Part shown: positions 31,501-40,200 of the stretch, one piece after another
Position numbering within the stretch: the stretch's first letter is position 1
How the letters are laid out: each line of letters opens with the position of its first letter
IMG/VR virus record: IMGVR_UViG_3300010362_000009
Location: 1-41,101 of that record
DNA from: a virus
Lineage: Duplodnaviria; Caudoviricetes
Reading direction: 5' to 3' (one strand)
Length of the DNA: 41,101 nt
Translations under genes and position numbers: made by a program
Notes under the pieces: generated by a model
Database searches by the model: none
Seen by the model: the letters and a program-made list of their open reading frames with translations, nothing else
Told to the model about the DNA's origin: nothing

Positions 31501-33464
31501 TGGCTGACTCGCTGAAGGCGCCCGACTCGCAGTACCTGCTGTCGCTCGGTACCGAGCTCGGCGACCTGTACTTGCAGCAGGACCAGGACATTGACACGTT
31601 CCGCGACCAGCGCGAGATGCGGACGCCGGCGATGGCGGAGGCCGACAAGGACTACATCCTGGTCAACGTCGATCCGCGCGACCCCGACATTACCGAAGAG
31701 GCGTTCCAGCAGACCGCCATCCTGACGCTTGACAGGCCGCGGCTGTCGATCGTCGGCGGCGAAGGTGACACGGCGCAGACCGTGGCATCCAAGCTCGAGC
31801 ACTTCACCGAAGAATCGCTGTGGCAGTGCGGCACCAGGACGCCCGGTCAGGACACGATGAACCAGGTCGCTGACGCGTGCCTGAACGATGGCGGCGGCTG
31901 GTCGAAGATGCTGTGGGCCAGCGACCTGTGGGCGACGCGGTACTCGATTCCGAGCCCGAACGGGAAGGCGACCGCGGCGGATTACAAGAGCTACGACCAG
32001 GCCACAGAAGACGCCAAGAAGCAGGCTGGCCCGCCGTTTGTGTGGGCCTACGTCGACCCGCGGAACGTCTACCCGCAGTGGTCGATGGGCGAGCTCTGCG
32101 AAGTGCTCGAAACGGCGCAGATGCCGACGCGCTTTGCGTTTCGGCGCTACCGTCTCGGTCGAGACGGTGACGGCAACATCGTTCCTGAAGAGCTCGGCCA
32201 GGCAACCAACATCATCGAAGCCTCACGGCTGGCTAACTCGTCGGTCCAGCTTTACGAGCATTGGGATGAGGAATGGGCGACCTGGGCCGTGGTTGGTCGC
32301 AACTACAACCAGGAAGGTACCGGCTACATCGTGAAGCAGTACCGCCACCGCTATCCGTTCGGCGTCCCATACGACTATGCACCGGGACTGACGATGAGCC
32401 ACTGGCGCAATCGTAAGGTCGGCTGGTCGATCGGACGTACCAAGCTGTGGCTGGTCAAGTACCGCCAGTACCTCCGCGCGATGCACGCCCAATATGTCGC
32501 TCGAGACCTCCTGAGCCCGCTGGTGACGTACGGCGACACGCCCGCGGCGGGCGTGATCGGCGAGAACGGGCTACCGAAGGAACCCGACACGAGCGTTCAC
32601 CCGGGCGAGATTCTGAACCTGCCTCCGGGCAGGCAACTCGCCAGGATTCAGTACCCCGACGCGGCCACGCTCGAGAAGCACATGGCGTTGATCGACGGTG
32701 CGATCCGCGACCTGGAATCGCCACGCGTGACCACGCTGTCGGGCATGGAAGGCGCCGGCTTCGCGATCAGCCAGGTCTTGCAGTACACGCGCACCAGGAT
32801 CGGCCCGGTCAGGCACGGTCTCGAGGCGCTGCTCAAAGGGCAGACCGAGAAGATGTGGGCGCTCATCCGCGAGCACGCCGGCGAGAAGGTGTGGGTGTTC
32901 TACGGTGGCGACTCGGCGGCGTCGGCGTCGGAGCAGGCCAAGGCGGAGTTCATCGGCTTCGGTCCCAAAGACCTCGAGCGTCCGATGCACATTGCCTGGG
33001 AAGTCCAGGCGCAACTGCCGACGGACGAGATGATCATGGCGCGCTACGCGCACGAGCGGCTTGCCGCGGGAACGTGGGGTAAGGACGAGGCGGTCTCGTA
33101 CATGGGCGATAACCCGGACGAGATTCGGCGCAGCATCGCTCGCGACGAGATTCGCCAGAGCGATGCGTACAAGAAGTGGCTGTACAACGAGGTCTTCATG
33201 CTGGCTGGTCGGGGCGACATGCTCCAGAAGGCGCAGCAGGCGATGGCTCGAGCGCAGTTCGGCACGGTCCAGCCCGGTCTGCCGCCAGGCACTGCACAAC
33301 CTGGTCAGCCGCAGCCGGGTGTGTTCGAGGGCGGCGGGCCTGGGCTCGGCGGGGTGCCCGACCTGGGCGCGCTGGCGCAGGCTCCGAACGGGGCCGGCGT
33401 CGCTCCGCCGTCATATCCCAACGTCGTCCAGGGCGCGGCGCAGGCCGGTGGGATGGGCATGTGA
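31500..33464 (+). CDS. Portal protein, 654 aa
   Basis: TGATG-coupled to terL; size, VDPRNVYP motif and Gly/Pro-rich tail consistent with podoviral portals. Confidence 0.8.
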   Translation: MADSLKAPDSQYLLSLGTELGDLYLQQDQDIDTFRDQREMRTPAMAEADKDYILVNVDPRDPDITEEAFQQTAILTLDRPRLSIVGGEGDTAQTVASKLEHFTEESLWQCGTRTPGQDTMNQVADACLNDGGGWSKMLWASDLWATRYSIPSPNGKATAADYKSYDQATEDAKKQAGPPFVWAYVDPRNVYPQWSMGELCEVLETAQMPTRFAFRRYRLGRDGDGNIVPEELGQATNIIEASRLANSSVQLYEHWDEEWATWAVVGRNYNQEGTGYIVKQYRHRYPFGVPYDYAPGLTMSHWRNRKVGWSIGRTKLWLVKYRQYLRAMHAQYVARDLLSPLVTYGDTPAAGVIGENGLPKEPDTSVHPGEILNLPPGRQLARIQYPDAATLEKHMALIDGAIRDLESPRVTTLSGMEGAGFAISQVLQYTRTRIGPVRHGLEALLKGQTEKMWALIREHAGEKVWVFYGGDSAASASEQAKAEFIGFGPKDLERPMHIAWEVQAQLPTDEMIMARYAHERLAAGTWGKDEAVSYMGDNPDEIRRSIARDEIRQSDAYKKWLYNEVFMLAGRGDMLQKAQQAMARAQFGTVQPGLPPGTAQPGQPQPGVFEGGGPGLGGVPDLGALAQAPNGAGVAPPSYPNVVQGAAQAGGMGM

Positions 33465-33562
33465 CCGCGCAGCGGCATCGTTACACGCTCCTGGACTGGA
33501 TCAAGTGGAACGCGTGGTGGCACGGTTGTGTGCGATGGACGAGGTTCCCAAAACGAGCATGA
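33461..33562 (+). CDS. Possible 33-aa Trp-rich peptide (MTAQRHRYTLLDWIKWNAWWHGCVRWTRFPKRA)
   Basis: GTGA and ATGA overlaps at both ends. Confidence 0.5.
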   Translation: MTAQRHRYTLLDWIKWNAWWHGCVRWTRFPKRA

Positions 33563-33687
33563 TGTGGCTGTTGATCCTGGGCGCGTGGCTCAGTATCGCG
33601 CTGGCGATAGCGTGGGGCTGGTCGCGTTTCATGCGTGAGATTCGAGCCTGGGAAGACGAGCGCGAGGAACGTTTCGGAGTCCACTGA
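33559..33687 (+). CDS. 42-aa single-TM peptide (MMWLLILGAWLSIALAIAWGWSRF...)
   Basis: ATGA overlap; hydrophobic helix with a charged tail. Confidence 0.6.
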   Translation: MMWLLILGAWLSIALAIAWGWSRFMREIRAWEDEREERFGVH

Positions 33688-33688
33688 C

Positions 33689-34207
33689 GTGCCGACCAGG
33701 TACACCAAACGCGGCGAAATTCAGCAGATGCAGTACGAGATTGCCAACGAAATCAAGCGCGACGCGCAGCCCATCGCCGACGGCGTGTTCGGCAACAACG
33801 CCCGCCACCCCGACATGGCGACGGTGTCGAACCAGGAAATCGACCAGATTTTCCGCGATGCGTACGCGCGCAACGATCGAACCTGGTTGATGAGCGAGGC
33901 GCAGCGCGACCCGCAGCAGTTCCTCGACGTGACCGACCGCATCGGTGTCGCCGATCCGCCGATGGGTCGGAACAACAAACCCATGCAGCCAGTCGGCGAC
34001 CAGGAGCAGGTGGCCGGCGCGCTCCAGCAAGCAGCACTTCAGAACGCCGCACAGTCGATGCCGTCTCCCCCTCCTGGAGCCGCGGCACCCCAAGGCGCGG
34101 GTATGCCTCTCGTCGCTGCGGCGCCCGCGCCCGCGGCGTTACCTTCGCCAGCACCAGGGCCGATGACGCAGATGCCGCTTCCAGGCATAGCGCCAGGGAC
34201 GATGTAG
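33689..34207 (+). CDS. Hypothetical virion-module protein, 172 aa (MPTRYTKRG...)
   Basis: GGAG SD and GTG 33689; Pro/Ala/Gln-rich tail. Confidence 0.7.
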   Translation: MPTRYTKRGEIQQMQYEIANEIKRDAQPIADGVFGNNARHPDMATVSNQEIDQIFRDAYARNDRTWLMSEAQRDPQQFLDVTDRIGVADPPMGRNNKPMQPVGDQEQVAGALQQAALQNAAQSMPSPPPGAAAPQGAGMPLVAAAPAPAALPSPAPGPMTQMPLPGIAPGTM

Positions 34208-34208
34208 C

Positions 34209-37200
34209 GTGGTCGGGACGATCCTCAAGGACGACCTGCAAAGCTCGATCGAGGATCAACTCCAGAACTACGCTCGAGGGCTCCAGCAGACCGGCCAGGG
34301 AGTAGGCCAACAAGTTGGAGACACGCTCGAGGACTTGCAGCGCGCCGGTCGTGCCAAGCTTCAGGACGTCCAGAACCTGCTCAGCGACTACGCGACGCAG
34401 CAGTACAACGCGCAGCAGGAGGCGCAGCGGCTCGCCGAGCAGCAGCGTCAGCAACAGCAAGCCGCCGTTCAGCAGCAGCTATCCGACTACGCGACGCAGC
34501 TTCAGCAACCGCAACAGACGCAGCCAGGTGTAGCGCAGCCAGCGGATGTAGCAGGCGTGGCGCCGCAGCCTGCGGCGATGCCGCACTCTGAGGAACCCGC
34601 CACTGCCAGCGACCAGCGGCTCGGCTCGAAGTGGAAGACGCAATTCGACTTCGGCGCAACATACACCGGCGACTATCGGACGGGCACGCCGCACCGCGGT
34701 GTCGACCTGGTGCCGAGCAACGGCCAGGGCATCGGCACCGAAGTCGACGCTTTCGCGCCAGGCACGGTCACCAACGTGTTCCGCGACCCGGGCGGTGCCG
34801 GCGGTTTGATCGTCTACGTCAAGGACGCCGACGGACTGACGCACGCGTACATGCATCTCAACTCGGCCAATGTCCAGGTCGGGCAGCACGTTGATCGGGG
34901 TACGCAGATAGCGACGATGGGCGAGTCGGGCACGGAGGGCTCGCCCCACCTGCACTACGAGGTCCGCAAGAACGAGGCTTCGGGCGACCCGCTCGATCAG
35001 TTGATCGATCCCAGGCCGTACGAAGCTGGCACACGCCAGCCCACCGGCGGTCCGCAAGGAGCCGTCGCGAACGCCGCGACGCAGGTGACCACCACTGCTC
35101 AGAATGTAGTCGGGCAAGCCGTCCAGGGTGCGAGCGACCGCGTCCGCGGCCAGTGGGACGCGATTACCAAGGCGGCACAATCGACGGGCGTCCCGCAGGC
35201 GGTCATCTCGGCGATCATGGATACCGAGAACGGTGGTCCGCGCTCGGAGAGCTCGGCGGGCGCGCTCGGCTTCATGCAGGTGCTGCGCTCGTGGTTCAAA
35301 CCCGGCGAAGACCCGTTCGATCCACTCACCAACATCACCCGCGGCGCCGAGATTCTGCGCGACAACTTCTCGCGGTGGGGCTCCTGGGACAAAGCAGCGG
35401 CAGCGTACTTCGGCGCGATCGACAACCAGGGCAACATCACCGGCGCTCGAGACGCGACGGGCACCAGCGGTAACCAGTACGTCAACACGTTTCAGAACAA
35501 CCTCCAGAAGTACGGCGGCGCTGGTCCGCTCGGCGAGGATCAGGGCAATCCGCCGCCGATGTACGTCGGCGATCAGACCGCGCCGCAGGCGAAGCCGCCG
35601 ATCGTCTCGAACACGCCCGAAGCGCAGTCGCCGATGGCGCAGCTTCAGGGCCTGCAAGACCAGCTTGACGCGCTGCGAAACCAGCTTATTCAGGTCAACA
35701 AGCCGCCGCTCGCCGAAGGCGCACCAGCGCGGCAGGCGATCGGCCAGACGTTCAGCGACATTGGCTCCGGCGCGCAGAGCCTGTACCAGCAGGCGTACGG
35801 CACGCCCGAGCAAGCGCAAGCTCGCCAACAGCAGCAACTCGCCGAAATCCAACGGCTGAACGAAGAGTCAAACCGCCGCGCAACCGAGCAGGTGCAGAAC
35901 CTGCCTGGTTCGCTGCCGGGCATCGTTGCAGGCGGTATCTGGAACGTCTTCGCCAACCCGTCGATGGGCATTACCTGGGACCAGTACCAGGCGCAGCAGT
36001 CGGCCAAGAACAAGTGGATCGAAGACAACAACCCCGCTCGAGACGTGCTCCTGGTCGGCGGGCTGACGTCGGGTATCGCGCAGCAACTCACCGATCCGCT
36101 CCAGGTGCTGACCTTCGGGCCGACCTTCGGCGCTGGTCGCGCGATCGGCGCCGGGCTCGGCGAGACCATCGCGCAGCAGGCTGGTCGCGTGCTCACGCCA
36201 GAAGCGACCAGGTTCGTCTCGGGCGTCGCCGAGCGGCTGACCAGCGGCGCGCTGGCGAACGGCGTGCAGAACCTGCTGTTTGACGCCGAGCGTCCAGACT
36301 CTACGCTCGAGTCGAAGGTCCAGGCGTTTGCGTCGGGCGCCGCGCTCGGCGGTCTGATGGACGTCACCACGCCGCCGGTACGCGACGCGCTGGCGAAGGT
36401 GCTGCGCCCCACGCTCGAGCGTCTGCCCGAGCTCCTGCGCGCTCGGCAGCGCGGCGAGGTCGACCTGGGCTTGATCACTACCGGCGAGCCAACCGAACGG
36501 CCTACGCCGCCGCGGCCTCCCGATCGGATTGTCGAGCCGCTGATGCTGCCCAACGTCACCAGGGAGCCGTCGGCGCCGCCCGAACGGCCAGTTGCCGGCG
36601 TGCAGCGTTTACCGACGTATCTGCCCGCGGGTGCGCCAGAGGCGGGCTTCGAGGCGTTAGCGCGGCAGAGCCGCGAGGCAGCGCCCGACAACCGCGCTCA
36701 CATCGACCTGAACACGGTGCCGAAGGACATCCTGCCGTTTACCGCCGATCCGCTCGAAGCGCAGCAGGAGGGCATGGTCAAGCTCAATCCCGGCGGGATG
36801 CCGCATACCGATGATCTGCGGGCGCTGTGGGAGGCCAACCAGCACAAGCGGTCGTTCTATACCGACCAGGGCGACGAGGCGGCGAACATCGTCGGTCCCG
36901 ACAACACCGGCGAGTTCTTCACGCTGAACGCGATCAACAGCATCCTGACCAGGGTCAACAGCCAGGTCGCCGAGTCGATCCAGGCCGCGGGGCTGGTTCG
37001 CAAAGTTGCCAGGGAAGGTCGCGCTGCTGGTCTCTCGGCGAGCGAGATTCGCCAGAACATCCTGGATGCCATCGCCGACCCGAAGCAGAACCCGATCACC
37101 GGCAAGGCGGTCAACGCCAAACGCAACAGCCAGATCGAGGGCTATTCGACGGGTGGTGCGCCAGTTACCAGCGGCGCCAAGACGTCCAGCTTCGCGGGTA

Positions 37201-40200
37201 ACTACACGAGCGCCGAAGGGCGTTTCTTCGACCCGCGCATCACCAACGATCTGCACAACTGGCGGCTGATGAACGTCTCCGCGGACGAGATTCCGTCGCT
37301 CCGCAAAAACCAGCGAACAGGCGAGATGGAGTGGTTCATCGACCGCCCGCACGAGCAGAACGTCGCCAACAACGACCGTGCCTACCGCGGCACCGAGTCG
37401 GTCATCGGCGAGCTCGCGCGTGAGTACGGTGTCGACGGTTACGCGATGCAGTCGGGACTGTGGGACGGGATGCGCTCGATCCAGCGCGATCCTGAAGTCT
37501 TACGACTTTGGCAGCAAGGCCACTTCCGCGACGCGATCGAGCTCGGCAAGCAGCGCGACCTGTTCCGCGCGGTCAATCCCGACATGGAGTTCTCGGGCGA
37601 CGTCAAACAGGTCATGGACTCGATGCCGGTCCGCAGGGCGCTCGAGCAGTACGGCCAGTACCTGAAAGACCCGCTGCCGCCCGAGCTCGGTATCAGCGGC
37701 GTGGAGCGCACGTACCGCGGCAAGCGGCTTGGTCGATCCTCGAAAACGAGTCCCGCGGCGAAGCCGTCGAACCTGGCCTTCCGCGAAGAGCAGCGTCCGT
37801 ACGCGGAGGCGTCGGCGCCGCTCGTGCAGGGGCTTGACCAGGCCACCGCGGAGCGGCTTGGCTACGATCCGCAGCGTGGCATCTTCCCCTGGCTCGAGGC
37901 GTCTCACCGTGTCGTTCCGGTCGCGCCGGACGAGTACGCGGTTCACCTACCTGCTGGTAATGAGGACACGGCACGGTATGTGGCGGCTCAGGTGGGGCAG
38001 GCGAGCAACGCTGAGCGCGTCCGCATCCATGTGCCCGATTACCGTGCGGGCGACATAGTCGGCGTCGGCGCCCGCGGCACGCCCGACCAGGTCGGGCGAC
38101 TTCAAGCTGCGCTTGACAACATGGGCATCACGTCGATCGTCGGAACGGGTAAGCGGTCGCTTCAGGTGCCACTTGAACGAGTGGGAGACACGCGCACGTT
38201 GAATGCCGTCCAGGACGCGGCTATCTCGATCGGCTTCCCCGAAGACCAGGTCGGGACGTATACCGGGAGGACCAGTGACGTTCCAAGATCAGCCTACGCC
38301 GCCACCAGCGCCGAGCTCGCGCCGACCTTTGCGCCCACTTCCGCCGAACGATCCGATCTACTCCAGCGGGGCCTGGGTGCTGTTCCCGCGCAACGCGGAC
38401 CGCCCGCCGTCGTCCGCGGTCGGCAACGGGGCGAGTCCTACCTTCCGTTCACCCTCAATGTCGGAGGCGCCGTCGCCGGTGGCTATGCCGGAAACGTCGC
38501 CACCCCCGAGTCAGCCAGTCCAGAGGAACGGCTCCGCAACATCGGGCTCGGAGCTACCGCAGGGTTACTCGGAACCGCAGCCATAACCCGCGGCGGGCTC
38601 AGACCCGCGCTGGAGCGCGCAGGACGCGAATCTGAGGGGTTTCGCGCGCCGGAGGCCCGACAGGGGCCAGAGCTCAGAGCGACGACACAGGAGCCTCCTG
38701 GAGGCCCTACAGAGCGTCCTACGACCGTGGGTGGTCGCGAGCCGCGCTCGCTCGAGGAAGTCCACTCGAATCCCTACGCGCTGCGCGAGGCGCAGCCCAA
38801 CGAAACGCCGATGACGCCCGACGAGATGTTCGACTACGGCGGCGAGCTCGAGCAGCGGATGCAGGACGTCCAGAACCGCCGTGACGCGATCGATGAAGCG
38901 ATCCGCAACCCCGGTCAGAAGATCGAGCGCCCGCGGTGGGCAGGCGGTCTGACCAATCTCCAGGTCGCCGAGATTGCCCGCCGTGCAGGAGCGAGCCCCT
39001 ACGAAGAGGGTTGGTACGACCGCGTTGGTCTCGAGCAGGGCTCGGGCGAGGTCCGCGACGTGCTGCGCGAGAGCGGCATCACCGACATTCCCAAGCTGCG
39101 CCAGCGCGAGCTAAGCCCCGCCGAGCTCCGCGCCGAGCGGACCAGACTGGACCGCGAAATCCAGGACATAACCAGCGCCTACGATCAGATGACCAACGCG
39201 CCCGCCGAGCCGAACCTGGTGCGCGTCCAGGGCGCCGAAGAGGCGGCTCGAGCCGCTGCGCCTGAACCGCTGCCGTTCGATACAGGTGCGCCAGAGCCGG
39301 TCACGCCAGGAGAGGCGCAGGGCGGTATGGACGAGGGCGCTCGGTTGGCGCAGGAAATCGTGCTGTCGAAGGGCCGCGGCACGATTCGCTCTGGCGTCGG
39401 CACAGTCAGCGGCGAGTTCGGTCGCGTGCGCGCGACGGCGCTGGTCTCGAGCGAGGCGATTAAACGCGCCACAGAAACGCCGCCGTCGGCGCGTACCGCG
39501 GCGAACATGCCCAACCTGGACGCGCTGCTCGAGGGCGAGCCTGAGATAGCGGCGCAGATTCGACAGGCCGCGGAAGACAACCCCGACCTGTTTGAAGCCT
39601 ATCGGCAGGGCGTGATCAGCATGGACTCGCTCCGCAACGACCTGGCGAAGCGCGTCGGCATGACCGTCCAGGACTGGAACAAGACCAAGATCGGCCAGGG
39701 CTTCAACCCCGAAGAGTTGATGGCACTTCAGGCAGCGGCGGTCGAGCAAGCGGGTCGGATGATGGACACGGCGGAGGCGATCATCGCCAAAGGCGGCGTG
39801 GACAACCTGTCTCCCGAAGAGCTCGTGTTCTCGGCAGGCACGCTCGCCGACGCGAACAAGATTCTCGCCGTCGCCAGGGGTGGCAGAACGACCGCGGGGC
39901 GCACGCTGAATGCGCTGAAGCAACGCTTCGATCGGACGCTAGCGTCGGATATCACCGCGGCGAACGAGCGCAAGGCGGCGCAGCAGACCGCGCAGCAGGC
40001 TCGTAGAGCAGCGGCCAGGGCGACGACCGTCCTTGCCAAAGGCAGGGAACTTGAGCGCGAAGCGACGACCGCCAAGGCGGAGGCCAGCCGCAACGGAGCG
40101 CCGAAGAACATCCTCGAGCAGATCGACCAGGCGTACGCCGAGCTCGATCGGTACAACGCCATGACGCTGCACGAGAAGGGCGCCGAGTTCGATCGGCTCA

